60,853 nt of DNA, filler included, from 8 parts of 8 records of this genome joined end to end with filler, not necessarily neighbours in it, one strand, 5' to 3'; positions 1 through 10,870 are shown, counted from the first letter of the whole stretch. A program made the numbers and translations. The notes: generated by a model not told the origin, from the sequence alone.

Positions 1-36
1 AAAAAATAAAGTTAGATTTACTATACGTATTTATTT

Positions 37-71
37 CAGATTTAAGAATGATGATTTTCGATTTAAGATTT
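37..71 (+). repeat. Degenerate 7-bp tandem repeat (nnGATTT x5)
   Basis: cagattt-aagaatg-atgattt-tcgattt-aagattt read directly upstream of wzz. Confidence 0.55.
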
Positions 72-135
72 TCTCATTGTTAAATCTCTGAAAATGTTAC
101 TTGCAATACAAAACCATTAATCATAATTTGATTTA

Positions 136-1278
136 ATGAAAGAACAAACAGATATAGAAAAAAAACAAACATCAGAAGACGAAATTGACCTGATTGAGGT
201 TGCTCTTAAAATTTGGGAGGAGCGAAAATTTATTTTAAAGGTTGTTGGAGTCTTTTTTGTTTTGGGATTAATAATAGCCTTTGGAAGCAAAAAGGAATAC
301 AAGGCTGAGACTACCTTCATTTTGGAGGATAATAATGGTGGTAGCCGTGTTTCTGGTTTAATCTCTCAGTTTAGTGGTTTGGCAGGAATTAATCTAGGAG
401 GTGGGGAAACCGGCGATATTTTAAGTCCGGAGTTATTTCCAAATATAATTCATAGTACATCGTTTTTAGTAAACTTAGCACAACACCCTGTATATTTTGA
501 ACAACTTGATGAAACTTACACTTTAGGAGAATATTTTCAAAATATTGATAAACCTTCTTTTGTTTCGCATATAAAAGGATTTACAATTGGATTGCCAGGG
601 AAGATTATTGGATTGTTTAGTAAGAAACAGGAAGAAGAACCTGTTTTTGAAAATCTACATATTCAAAATTCTGATAATGAATCTAAACCACTTAGGTTAA
701 CGAGAAAGGAACAAGATATTATTAATAATATTAAGGATAGGATATCAATTGGATTTGATGAAAAAACAGGGATTCTTAATTTAGGCACAGAATTACCTGA
801 TCCTAATGCTACAGCAGAAATTACAAGTCTTGCCCTAACTGATTTAACAGAATACATAGTTGCTTATCAGACAGATAAAGCACTTGCAGATTTGGAATTT
901 ATTGAAGAACAATATTCACAGGCAGAAAATCGATTTAGTAATTCGCAAGATAAACTGGCCAATTTCAGGGATAGGAATATGAATGTTATAACAGCGAAAG
1001 CTCAAACGGAAGAACAACGATTGCAAGCTGAATATGATTTGGCTTTTAATGTTTATAATGGATTGGCGCAACAATATGAGCAGGCTAAGATTGAGGTGCA
1101 GGAAAAGACTCCGGTTTTTAAGGTTGTGAATGAGGTTAGGGTGCCGTTGGAGAAGAGTAAACCTAAGAAGGCACTGATAATGGTGGTGATGTTGTTTATT
1201 GGGGGAATTTTAGGAGTTGGATGGGTGATTTTTAGAATAGTTTTGACTTCAGTAAAAAATAATATTAATGAGCGTTAG
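136..1278 (+). CDS. wzz: Wzz/FepE/Etk N-terminal chain-length determinant
   Basis: EDEIDL N-terminal motif, two TM segments, coiled-coil periplasmic region, C-terminal P..KSKPK motif; first gene of a polysaccharide cluster. Confidence 0.9.
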   Translation: MKEQTDIEKKQTSEDEIDLIEVALKIWEERKFILKVVGVFFVLGLIIAFGSKKEYKAETTFILEDNNGGSRVSGLISQFSGLAGINLGGGETGDILSPELFPNIIHSTSFLVNLAQHPVYFEQLDETYTLGEYFQNIDKPSFVSHIKGFTIGLPGKIIGLFSKKQEEEPVFENLHIQNSDNESKPLRLTRKEQDIINNIKDRISIGFDEKTGILNLGTELPDPNATAEITSLALTDLTEYIVAYQTDKALADLEFIEEQYSQAENRFSNSQDKLANFRDRNMNVITAKAQTEEQRLQAEYDLAFNVYNGLAQQYEQAKIEVQEKTPVFKVVNEVRVPLEKSKPKKALIMVVMLFIGGILGVGWVIFRIVLTSVKNNINER

Positions 1279-1284
1279 TTTGAT

Positions 1285-2445
1285 ATGAAAAAAATCGGTT
1301 TTATACCGCTTCGAGCTGGTTCTAAAGGCATTCCCAATAAGAATAAAAGGAAGATATTAGGACGACCTTTATTTACATGGGTTTTATCTGAAGCTATTTT
1401 TAGCTGTCTCGATAAGGTATATATCTTTTCAGATGACAAGTGTATTTTGGATTATTGCAAGACAAATTATAGTTGGACAGATAAAATTGAAGTAGTAAAA
1501 CGTGGTGAACAAAATGCAAATGACACGGCATCAACAGAAGCTGCCATGTTAGAATTTTCCGAAATAATTAATCATGACTACGATATCTTTACTTTACTTC
1601 AAGCCACTTCTCCTTTGACTGATAGAGATTCTATAAATAAAACAATAGATTTAGTTGAGAGTGGAGGATTTGACTCTTCATTAAGTGTTGTTCAAACAAA
1701 ACGATTCTTTTGGGATATAGAAGGAAAGAGTATTAATTACGATTTTATGAATCGACCCCGGAGACAAGATTTTTTAGGAACCTTTGTTGAAAATGGTGCA
1801 GTTTATTCCTGCAAAAAAAATATTTTATTTGAGTACAAGAATAGATTAGGTGGAAAAATTGGGCTACAAATTATGCCAGAAGAGACTTATTTGGAAATCG
1901 ACGAGCCTCATGATTTTGAAATAGTTGAGACATTACTACGAAATAGACTAATGAAATTAAAGGGAAGTTCCAAGAAAATAGAAACACTTGTTTTAGATGT
2001 AGATGGAGTTTTTACCCGAGGAGATGTTAGTTATTCTTGCGAAGGTGAATTCTCAAAAACATTTAATATGCGTGATGGAATGGGATTAGAATTTCTTAGG
2101 GAATCAGGAGTTAAAGTAATTATAATGACTGCTGAAAACTCAAAAATTGTAGACAGCCGTATGAAAAAACTTGGTATAGAAAGTGTATACCTTGGCGTTA
2201 AAGATAAATATGCTCATTTAGAGAATATAATCGTGAAAGAAAATTTATCACGTAGTAAATGTGCTTATGTTGGGGATGATATTAATGATATGGCTAATAT
2301 TAGCTCGGTTGGATGGGGTATCTGCCCCAATGATTCGGTTGGAGAAATTAAAAGAAATGCAGATATAGTTTTAAATAAAAAAGGTGGTAAAATGGCAATT
2401 CGAGAAGCTGTTGAATTTATCTTAAAATACAATAATCGTTTTTAA
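1285..2445 (+). CDS. neuA: Acylneuraminate (CMP-nonulosonate) cytidylyltransferase fused to a C-terminal KdsC-like HAD phosphatase
   Basis: IPLRAGSKGIPNKN, LQATSPL, ENGAVY, EIDE motifs; C-terminal LVLDVDGVFT...YVGDDIND HAD motifs. Confidence 0.9.
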   Translation: MKKIGFIPLRAGSKGIPNKNKRKILGRPLFTWVLSEAIFSCLDKVYIFSDDKCILDYCKTNYSWTDKIEVVKRGEQNANDTASTEAAMLEFSEIINHDYDIFTLLQATSPLTDRDSINKTIDLVESGGFDSSLSVVQTKRFFWDIEGKSINYDFMNRPRRQDFLGTFVENGAVYSCKKNILFEYKNRLGGKIGLQIMPEETYLEIDEPHDFEIVETLLRNRLMKLKGSSKKIETLVLDVDGVFTRGDVSYSCEGEFSKTFNMRDGMGLEFLRESGVKVIIMTAENSKIVDSRMKKLGIESVYLGVKDKYAHLENIIVKENLSRSKCAYVGDDINDMANISSVGWGICPNDSVGEIKRNADIVLNKKGGKMAIREAVEFILKYNNRF

Positions 2446-2449
2446 AAGT

Positions 2450-3313
2450 ATGAAAAAAGCATTTATCATAACAGAGATTGGTTGTAACCATAAGGGTGAT
2501 ATGGAAATTGCAAAAGAGATGATCCAAATGGCCAAAGTGTTTTGTAAAGCAGATTCTGTGAAGTTTCAAAAAAGGAATAACAAGGAGTTATTAACCTCAG
2601 AACAATATAATGCACCGCACCCTAATCCCATGCACTCTTATGGAGACACGTATGGTGAACACCGCGAGTTTTTGGAATTTACCGTTGAACAACACGCTGA
2701 TCTCAAAGAATATTGTGATAATGTTGGGATTATTTATTCTACTTCTGTATGGGATTTATCATCTGCAAAAGAGATTGTTTCAATTAACCCATCCTTTATA
2801 AAGATTCCATCAGCATGTAACAACAATTATGAGATGCTTGACTGGTTATGTAAAAACTATAAGGGTGAAATCCAAATTTCAACAGGGATGACTACAATCA
2901 ATGAAATCGATGAGATGATAAACCTTTTTGAAACAAATGGTCGGAATAAAGATTTAATTCTCTACAATTGTACTTCGGGCTACCCTGTTCCCTTTGAGGA
3001 CATTTCACTGCTTGAAATTTTAAAGCTTAAAGAAAAATATGGTAACAAAGTGAAGGAAATTGGTTTTTCAGGACATCACTTGGGAATTGCTGTTGATATT
3101 GCGGCTTATACACTAGGAGCTGTGTATGTTGAAAGGCATTTTACATTAGATAGGACATGGAAAGGCACTGACCATGCTGCTTCACTGGAACCTGATGGAT
3201 TGAGAAGACTTGTTAGAGATCTTCGTGCTATTGAAAAAGCTTTAACATATAAGGAAAAAGAGATTTTGGATATAGAGATGGTGCAGAGGGAAAAATTGAA
3301 GTTTAGAAAATAG
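2450..3313 (+). CDS. neuB: N-acetylneuraminate synthase family (NeuB-like, short form without C-terminal SAF domain; probable KDN-9-P synthase)
   Basis: EIGCNHKGD, VKFQKR, GFSGHH, ERHFTLDR..GTDHAASL motifs; 287 aa. Confidence 0.9.
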   Translation: MKKAFIITEIGCNHKGDMEIAKEMIQMAKVFCKADSVKFQKRNNKELLTSEQYNAPHPNPMHSYGDTYGEHREFLEFTVEQHADLKEYCDNVGIIYSTSVWDLSSAKEIVSINPSFIKIPSACNNNYEMLDWLCKNYKGEIQISTGMTTINEIDEMINLFETNGRNKDLILYNCTSGYPVPFEDISLLEILKLKEKYGNKVKEIGFSGHHLGIAVDIAAYTLGAVYVERHFTLDRTWKGTDHAASLEPDGLRRLVRDLRAIEKALTYKEKEILDIEMVQREKLKFRK

Positions 3314-3316
3314 ACT

Positions 3317-4516
3317 ATGTTAAAGAAAATTATTAATATTTTTTATGAGGAAGGATTAATTAGTCTAATAATAAGAATTTATTACTTTTTCTTCGTTAGA
3401 TTGTATAGGTTAATGTATAGAATATCAAATTTTCACATTAGTTCTTCAAATAAATGGCTTCATTTTGGTGTTTGGGGTTTTAAAAACGCTGGTGACACCG
3501 TTCTTTATATTGAGGTTGAAAAAATAATTAATTGTTTGTCAAAAAATAATTTCTCATTTGTGAAAAAAGATATTCATAAAGAAATTATAACAGAAGATGA
3601 TATTGAAGTTTATAACAAAAAATACTGTGGAATTTTTATAGGTGGAGGAGGTTTATTCTTGAAGGACACTAATATAAATAATAATTCTGGATGGCAATTT
3701 AATATTTCTACAAAAAGTATATCAAAAATAGAAATACCTATTGTGATATTCGCCGTTGGATACAACCGTTTTAGAAATCAGGAAGACTTTGAAGATGTTT
3801 TTAAGGAAAACTTAAATGCTTTTGCTGAAAAGTCTGTATTCTTAGGACTTAGAAATTCTGGAAGTATTAGAGCAATTAAAGAATTATTACCGGAAGTCTA
3901 CCACCATAAAATATTCTACCAACCATGTCCTACAACAGTTATTAATAAAATTTATGGTTTAAAGCCGTTACAGCAAGAAAAAAAGAAAAGGATAATAGCT
4001 GTAAATATTGCTTTTGATAGGCATAAATTAAGGTTTGGAAATGACATGAATAGAATTATTAATGAAATAATTGAATATTCAAGAGTTTTTTCTAGAAGAG
4101 GTTTTAAGGTATTATTTATTGGGCATTGTAGTAACGATAAAGAAATATTAAATTACGCTAAATCGATTGATTTTTTGGATCTTACAAGAAGTTCTCCAAA
4201 AAAAATAAAACAATTTTATAGGGAAATATATTTAAGTGTTGGGATGAGAGGGCATGCTCAAATGATCCCGTTTGGATTAGGAACGCCAATTTTATCGCTT
4301 ATTTCGCATGATAAAATGAAATATTTCTTACAAGATATAAATCGTTTGGAATGGGGAATTGAAGTTACAGATAGCTTTATTCTGGATAAATTAATTAGAA
4401 GCACAAATGAAATCCTAGGATCATACAAGGAGACTCAAAATTTGATCCATTCCATTCAGCATGAATTATTCTCGTTAACTCAAAGAAATTTAGAAATTAT
4501 AAAAGAACAAATTTAG
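3317..4516 (+). CDS. Polysaccharide pyruvyl transferase family protein
   Basis: NAGD, IGGGGLF, GLRN..S, GMRGHAQM motifs. Confidence 0.8.
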   Translation: MLKKIINIFYEEGLISLIIRIYYFFFVRLYRLMYRISNFHISSSNKWLHFGVWGFKNAGDTVLYIEVEKIINCLSKNNFSFVKKDIHKEIITEDDIEVYNKKYCGIFIGGGGLFLKDTNINNNSGWQFNISTKSISKIEIPIVIFAVGYNRFRNQEDFEDVFKENLNAFAEKSVFLGLRNSGSIRAIKELLPEVYHHKIFYQPCPTTVINKIYGLKPLQQEKKKRIIAVNIAFDRHKLRFGNDMNRIINEIIEYSRVFSRRGFKVLFIGHCSNDKEILNYAKSIDFLDLTRSSPKKIKQFYREIYLSVGMRGHAQMIPFGLGTPILSLISHDKMKYFLQDINRLEWGIEVTDSFILDKLIRSTNEILGSYKETQNLIHSIQHELFSLTQRNLEIIKEQI

Positions 4517-4521
4517 CAACA

Positions 4522-5547
4522 ATGGAACTAATTTCTAATAGATTTCAACATGATAGCAATGCTATACTTTCGCTAAATGCTTTGCAATTGGTAGCGAAAG
4601 AGGAAATTGAGAAAAAAATAAAAAGTAAAGAATATGAATTTGAAGAAAATGATTGCCCGATTTGCTTAAAAGCGAACGACAGATTACTTGTAGAAAAAGA
4701 CAGGTATGGTTTACATTATAAAGTTGTAATTTGTAAAGAATGTGGGCTACTTAGGGTAAATCCTAGAATGAATCAGTCTAGCTATAATGATTTTTATAAA
4801 AATCATTTCAGGGATCTATATATCGGAACTGAAAGAACAACATCTAAATATTTTCAGAGCAGAGTCAAACAAGGTGAATTGATTTTTAATTTTTTACATA
4901 AAAATTACAAAATACCAAAAAAAGGAAATAAAGATTTAGTAATTGAGATAGGTTGTGGAGCGGGAGGTATTTTAAATTTTTTCAATAAAAAAGGATATAG
5001 GATAAAGGGTATAGACTTAGACGAAAATTACCTTAATTATGGAAAGAATAAACATGGTTTAGATCTTTCGTACGGAAATATTAAAGACCTAAAGCTTAAC
5101 CAACCACCTAGAATAATAATATATTCACATGTTTTTGAACATATACTTGATTTGAAATCGGAACTTGAAGAACTTTATAAAATATGTGATAAGAACACAA
5201 TTATTTATATTGAAGTCCCAGGAGTCAAGAATATTCATAGAGCTTATAGAATGGATTCATTAAAGTACTTTCAAAATGCTCATGTGTATCATTTTACTCT
5301 ATCTACCTTATGTAATTTGTTTTTGTCATCCGGATTTGATTTTGTGCAAGGAAGTGAATATATAAAGGCTGTATTTAAAAAATCGGTGAATCAAAAAAGA
5401 ATTAATCGAGGAAATGAATATTATAAAACAATCAGATATTTACGCAGGATAGAAAAATTACGGTATATTTATCCAGCCCTTCCAATAAATTTAATTAAAA
5501 AAGGATTTTATTTTTTGAGGTTTTTTCCTTCAAGGATTCGAAAGTGA
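4522..5547 (+). CDS. Class I SAM-dependent methyltransferase with N-terminal Zn-binding Cys pairs
   Basis: CPIC...CKECG, EIGCGAG, SHVFEH, YIEVP. Confidence 0.85.
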   Translation: MELISNRFQHDSNAILSLNALQLVAKEEIEKKIKSKEYEFEENDCPICLKANDRLLVEKDRYGLHYKVVICKECGLLRVNPRMNQSSYNDFYKNHFRDLYIGTERTTSKYFQSRVKQGELIFNFLHKNYKIPKKGNKDLVIEIGCGAGGILNFFNKKGYRIKGIDLDENYLNYGKNKHGLDLSYGNIKDLKLNQPPRIIIYSHVFEHILDLKSELEELYKICDKNTIIYIEVPGVKNIHRAYRMDSLKYFQNAHVYHFTLSTLCNLFLSSGFDFVQGSEYIKAVFKKSVNQKRINRGNEYYKTIRYLRRIEKLRYIYPALPINLIKKGFYFLRFFPSRIRK

Positions 5548-5548
5548 T

Positions 5549-6977
5549 ATGTTATCATTATTAAGAAAAGTTAAGGGAAAAAAGTCGATAATCACCTTAA
5601 CAAATTATTTGAGTGGAGAGGCATCTATCAAAGTCTTAGGTGTATTGTCAATACCCTTATTGACTAGGATGTTAAGCCCGTCGGATTTTGGATTAATTTC
5701 AGTTTTTAATTCTATAACCCAAATTTTACTGATTTTGCAATCGTTAAATCTTCAGTCAAGCCTTAGGCCAAGATACTTAAAAAGTGCTAAGAAGTTTAAT
5801 GAATATTTCAGTACAGTTTTTATTAGTTCAAATATTTTTTCTTTTATTTTTTGTGTTTTACTCATTATTTTTTCAAAAAAGATTTCAATTTTAATTGGAA
5901 TACCGCGTTTTCTATTCGTATTAGCTTTTATTGCGACAACAATAAGCATTAGTAAAGATTTTTCATTTAAATTCTTACTTGCAAAAAATAATAGCAAGAA
6001 GTACGCATTAAATAATTTTTTATTCAATTTTCTGAATACGATTTTAAGCTTGTTGATAATATATTTTCTTATTAATGATAAGTATCTTGGAAGAGCCTAT
6101 GCATATATTCTTTCTTCATTAGTATATTTTATAATTTCAATTTATATTTTGAGAAGTGTGATAGTGTTTAAATTTGAGTGGATTTATTTAAAGCAAGCAT
6201 TATTATTTAGCGTACCATTGATTTTTCATACAACTTCACATTATTTATTGTCACAATTCGATAGGATAATTATAGCCCAATTAGTAGATACACAGGCAAC
6301 TGGTATATATTCCTTGGTATACACAGTTGGAAATTTATTGATGGTTATAATTATTGCAGTAAATAATTCTTGGGTACCATTTTTTTAAAAGTCTTAATAA
6401 TAAAGAACAGAGTTTACTTAATGGGAAAATAAAGATATATTTAAATATTATATTATTTAGTTCACTTTTATTATCTGTTTTTGGGAATGAGATTATAATG
6501 TTATTTGCAACTAAGGAGTACTATGACGGAATTAAGCTTGTTCCAATTTTCGTTTTGGCTAATTTATTTATTTATTTATACATGCTTTTTGCAAATTATT
6601 CTTTTTATTCCGAGCGAACTTATATTGTAGCATTAGGTACCTTAATTTCCGGATTAATAAATTTGATACTTAATTATATTTTCATACCGATTTATGGCTA
6701 TAAAATAGCTGCAGTTACAACTCTTATCTCATACATAATCCTGTTTATTATTCATTATATCAATGCTCGATTTATTTTAAAAAATGAAGTGCTAAAATTA
6801 TTGCCAATTTTTAAGGATTTCTTTCTCTACATATTGTGCTATTTTGGAATATTTTTTATTGTAAGGATGTTTGATAATCCATTTTTGATTAGTGGAATTA
6901 AAATTTTATCAATACTGTTATTTTGTTTAATTCAGATAATACGATTTTATAAAATTTATAAGAAGAAAATTGTTTAG
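5549..6977 (+). CDS. wzx: Wzx flippase, split by a frameshift near 6388 (ORFs 5549-6388 and 6498-6977)
   Basis: IPLLTRMLSPSDFG, DRIII..GIYS; multi-TM; break falls in a T-run (ccatttttttaaaa). Confidence 0.85.
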
Positions 6978-8090
6978 ATGTTGTATATTCAAAAACCAAA
7001 ATTAAAGAAGCAAATATCATCATGGTATTTGATAACATATTTAGCCTTGACTTTATTATATTTATTTCTTCCAATAGAAATAAAATATCCAGTTTTTCTT
7101 AGCATTGCATTCATAGGAGTTTGTTCATTTTTTTTTTCAGTAAACGATTCTGGGAAAATAAAATTTGATGTAAACAGAATTATTCTTATTTGCGTAATAA
7201 TAGTACTATACATATTTGTCCAATTGGTAAATTTTAGGAGTCCACTAAGTGCTATCATTATACTCTCAAATTTATGTTTAGGTATTTTTATTACTAATCA
7301 GAATTTTAATATCCGGACACTTTACTTCTATTTTTTAATATTATCTAGTTTATTTCTACTTAGAGGCATTAGAGGGAATCTTTCCTCTGATATGTTTACT
7401 GCTGCTAGTAGAAATTGGGTTTCTGTCATATTTATCGTGAATGTTGCGATAATAAATATAATCGAGTGGAAACAAAAAAAAGATATTTCGGTATGGCCAT
7501 CTTTTTTGGCGTTTATAATATCAATTTATGCAGTGGGGCGTTCCGGTATTATTTGTTCTGGATTTCTTTTTCTAGGTCTTTTATTTTCGAAGATAAGCCA
7601 TTCAAAAAATGGCAAAAAATGGATATCATTTATAATTACTCTTTTATTCTTAATTACTATTCTTTTCTGGCAAGAAATAGTTGAAACATTCAACTATTAT
7701 ATTTCATTTAGTCGATTTGCTGCTGAAGGATTTGAATCTAATGCTAGAAAAGATATGTTATTAAATTACATAAAAAACATAGATTTATATTCATTTGTAT
7801 TGGGCTATAATTATAATAATGATCCATTTTTTATTTCTTGGAATTTAAATCCACATAATTCTTTTATTAGACTTCACTATAATACTGGCATTTTTTTTAT
7901 TTTGATTGTATCATCAATGATCTATGTAGCGATTAAGTTGTTTTTTACAAGCAAATATTTATTCGTAATCATTGTAGCCTTAATTTTAAGGGGGCTTACA
8001 GACACCATTTTCTTTATGGATCGTTTTGATTTTATTTTTGTTGGTTTATTTTTGATTCATAAACACTTTGAGTATGAGACAACAGATTAA
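6978..8090 (+). CDS. wzy: Wzy O-antigen polymerase / O-antigen ligase-like membrane protein
   Basis: About 10 TM segments, GRSG, R..M...Y, PHNSF motif; cluster context. Confidence 0.75.
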   Translation: MLYIQKPKLKKQISSWYLITYLALTLLYLFLPIEIKYPVFLSIAFIGVCSFFFSVNDSGKIKFDVNRIILICVIIVLYIFVQLVNFRSPLSAIIILSNLCLGIFITNQNFNIRTLYFYFLILSSLFLLRGIRGNLSSDMFTAASRNWVSVIFIVNVAIINIIEWKQKKDISVWPSFLAFIISIYAVGRSGIICSGFLFLGLLFSKISHSKNGKKWISFIITLLFLITILFWQEIVETFNYYISFSRFAAEGFESNARKDMLLNYIKNIDLYSFVLGYNYNNDPFFISWNLNPHNSFIRLHYNTGIFFILIVSSMIYVAIKLFFTSKYLFVIIVALILRGLTDTIFFMDRFDFIFVGLFLIHKHFEYETTD

Positions 8091-9207
8091 AATAGTCTCC
8101 AGTTTTCCATTGTTATTCAAGGGCGAGACTATTGATTTTGGAAGACTTCAATTTTTAGCATATGTCTATACAGCTTGGCATCTTGATAATTTATTAGTGC
8201 TAATAAATAAGAAAGAATATACAAGAGGTGCTATAATAGTTGTTCCACAAGCTAATATAAAAAATAAAAGTAGATTCCGATTAAATGAAGAACATTTCAA
8301 TGGAAAGATTTTCAGCAATTTTAGTATCTTCCGTATTGAAGATCCTTTCTGTAAACCGAATTATTATTTTTATCTGAAAAAACTGTTTATAAAATCAAAT
8401 TCAAACAATCATATAGACATAATAAACCCTGGAGGCGTAAATTTTAAAATGTTGTCTCAAATTCCATTAGAAAGGGAAAAAATATATTATTACATTATTG
8501 ATGAGGGCATGGGATCTTATATGACTCCCCGAATGTTTTCACGGGCTATTTATAGAAAGGATGCGCAAAATAACTACTTCAAAGAGGATATTAAAAAATT
8601 TGCAAGCAGTTTAATAAAAAAACTGTTATTAAGAATAGCCAATGTAAAAGTTACTAGACAATTATTATTTAAAGAAGTTGATGTAAAGTTAATACCTAAT
8701 TCTGGTGTTTGTGAAGGATTAAGGAATCTTTATCTCAAAGAGAGTATTAAAGATGATGAAAATAAGTATATTATCTTTTTTAAAGACTTTGGAGTAATTG
8801 ATGTGAATCCTTTAAAAGATTATTACAAAGATCTTTTTAAAGTATTTGAAACTAACAACTATAAGGTTATTGTAAAAAAGCATCCCAACGATATAGATCA
8901 ATCACTAGAAAATATATTGGTGCAATTTAAAAATACCCAGGTAATTCAAAATAATATTAGCGGAGAACGAATCGTAGGAGAAATTAAGCCAGAACTTATA
9001 ATCGGAGGTTTTTCTACTGCTGTTTTTACCTCCTGCTTCATATATAATATAAAAACAGTATCGTTTATGTTAAAATATAAAGAATATGGGGAGTTATCTA
9101 AAGGTCATCACAATATTATAAATAGTTTTTATAAAAGATTTAAAAATACGAGTAATAATCTTGTTTTTGTTTCTGATATTGAAAAAATAAACCAAATAAT
9201 TGAATGA
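8068..9207 (+). CDS. Putative sialyltransferase-like glycosyltransferase (candidate KDN/nonulosonate transferase)
   Basis: IIDEGMGSY (D/E-D/E-G), KKHPND (HP) and GFSTA (S-S/T) motifs typical of bacterial GT-B sialyltransferases; same locus as neuA/neuB. Confidence 0.65.
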   Translation: MSMRQQIKIVSSFPLLFKGETIDFGRLQFLAYVYTAWHLDNLLVLINKKEYTRGAIIVVPQANIKNKSRFRLNEEHFNGKIFSNFSIFRIEDPFCKPNYYFYLKKLFIKSNSNNHIDIINPGGVNFKMLSQIPLEREKIYYYIIDEGMGSYMTPRMFSRAIYRKDAQNNYFKEDIKKFASSLIKKLLLRIANVKVTRQLLFKEVDVKLIPNSGVCEGLRNLYLKESIKDDENKYIIFFKDFGVIDVNPLKDYYKDLFKVFETNNYKVIVKKHPNDIDQSLENILVQFKNTQVIQNNISGERIVGEIKPELIIGGFSTAVFTSCFIYNIKTVSFMLKYKEYGELSKGHHNIINSFYKRFKNTSNNLVFVSDIEKINQIIE

Positions 9208-10286
9208 AAATTTTATTTCTTCCAAAATATAATGAAGAGGGGGCAAGCTCTAGATATAGAATCTATCAGTATTTAGAGTTTTTTAGAGATAAAATAGAGT
9301 TTGAAGTAAAACCTTTGTTTTTTGAAGGCTACATAAGAAATTTTGAAAAAAAACGAACTTCCGTAAATAAATTATTGCTCCCTTTTGCATATGTAAGAAG
9401 ATTGTTTCACATTTTCAAGTTACATAAGTTTGACATAATTTATATTGAAAAAGAAACTACTCCATATTTCCCGCCAATATTAGAAAGATATATGCATTTC
9501 TTTAAAATAAAATACATTTTGGATTATGACGATGCTATTTTTCACAATTATGATAAATCGAAAAGTAAATTAGTAAAATTATTATTTAGCGATAAGATTC
9601 CCAATATAATCAAATTGGCATCGGGTATTATTACAGGAAGTCCCTATCTTACACGTTTTGCTCAAAAGTATAATAATAACGTAATAGAAATTCCTACATC
9701 CATTGATTATCGAAGATATAAAAATGCAGAAAAAATATTCCCGTCAAATGAGCGTTTTATTGTCGGCTGGATAGGAGGCAGAGCCACTAGTGTTCATCTA
9801 TCTGAGATATTAGATAGTTTGCTTAAAATAACACAGAAATACCCTGACATACATATTCATTTGATTGGATTTAACAAAGAGTCTGTTTCTAATATTTTAA
9901 AAGGCAGTAATCGCGTTAGGATAATTAAATGGGAGGATGAAAATGAGGTAAATGAACTCGCTTCTTTTAATGTTGGGATAATGCCTTTAAAAAAGACTTT
10001 ATTAGTTGAAGGGAAATGTGGTTTTAAATTAATACAATACATGGCATGTGGAAAGCCAACAATTTCTAGCCCCTATGAAACAAATATTAAGATTGATAGC
10101 AACAATGGAAATCTTTTTGCAGCAAGCAAAGATGACTGGTATAATAAAATAGAGGAAATTTATTTAAATTATCCACAATATATAATGGTTGGTGAAAAAA
10201 ATAGACTTACTGTAAAAAAGAAGTATTCAATTCAAGCAAATTTTGAACTCTATTTGTCGGTTTTTAGAATGGTTTTAGATAATTAA
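9204..10286 (+). CDS. GT4 glycosyltransferase
   Basis: ASSRYR, DYDDAIF, GWIG, GKCGFKLIQYMACGKP. Confidence 0.9.
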   Translation: MKILFLPKYNEEGASSRYRIYQYLEFFRDKIEFEVKPLFFEGYIRNFEKKRTSVNKLLLPFAYVRRLFHIFKLHKFDIIYIEKETTPYFPPILERYMHFFKIKYILDYDDAIFHNYDKSKSKLVKLLFSDKIPNIIKLASGIITGSPYLTRFAQKYNNNVIEIPTSIDYRRYKNAEKIFPSNERFIVGWIGGRATSVHLSEILDSLLKITQKYPDIHIHLIGFNKESVSNILKGSNRVRIIKWEDENEVNELASFNVGIMPLKKTLLVEGKCGFKLIQYMACGKPTISSPYETNIKIDSNNGNLFAASKDDWYNKIEEIYLNYPQYIMVGEKNRLTVKKKYSIQANFELYLSVFRMVLDN

Positions 10287-10291
10287 CATAA

Positions 10292-10870
10292 ATGGTAAAA
10301 CAAACAGTACTTTTTAGAATATTAAAAAGATTAAAAATAACATCAAACCAAGAGGCTTTTGGCACTGTTAATATTTTAGGTTTGATAAAGTATACCTTTT
10401 CAACTTTATTGAAATTATGTTTATTTAAGTATTGTTATTCTTCATTTATTCTAGAACCCATAAATTTAAGATTTTTGAGAGCAAAACTATGGAAATTAAT
10501 GGGAGTTAATATGGGGAAAAATGTCCTAATAGGTCATTCTGTCTCTTTAGATTATGGGAATACAAAATTAATTTACATAGAAGATAATGTCATTATTACA
10601 AACAAATGTATTTTGCTTTGTCATAAGCGAGATCTAAGTACATATACAGTTGGAGATAAAGCAATAGAGCTTCCGTATCATTATAAAAAAATTGTATTGA
10701 AAAGAGGATGTCAGGTAGGTATGGGAACGATAATAATGCCCGGTGCAACAATTGGGGAGGGGGCAATAGTTGGTGCAATGTCTGTAGTTACAAAAGATAT
10801 TCCTCCATGGTCAATAGCTATTGGAAATCCTGCAAAAGTAATTAAGAAAGTAAAAGAAAAGCAAAAATAG
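10292..10870 (+). CDS. Hexapeptide-repeat acyltransferase
   Basis: [35 protein letters not shown]. Confidence 0.9.
   Translation: MVKQTVLFRILKRLKITSNQEAFGTVNILGLIKYTFSTLLKLCLFKYCYSSFILEPINLRFLRAKLWKLMGVNMGKNVLIGHSVSLDYGNTKLIYIEDNVIITNKCILLCHKRDLSTYTVGDKAIELPYHYKKIVLKRGCQVGMGTIIMPGATIGEGAIVGAMSVVTKDIPPWSIAIGNPAKVIKKVKEKQK

Noticed and set aside
6380-6400. wzx frameshift in a poly-T tract as phase variation
   Set aside because: Similar 1-bp homopolymer breaks hit topA, gltA, ygiQ and transporters on nearly every contig, so sequencing error is the simpler explanation. Only read data could rescue the idea.
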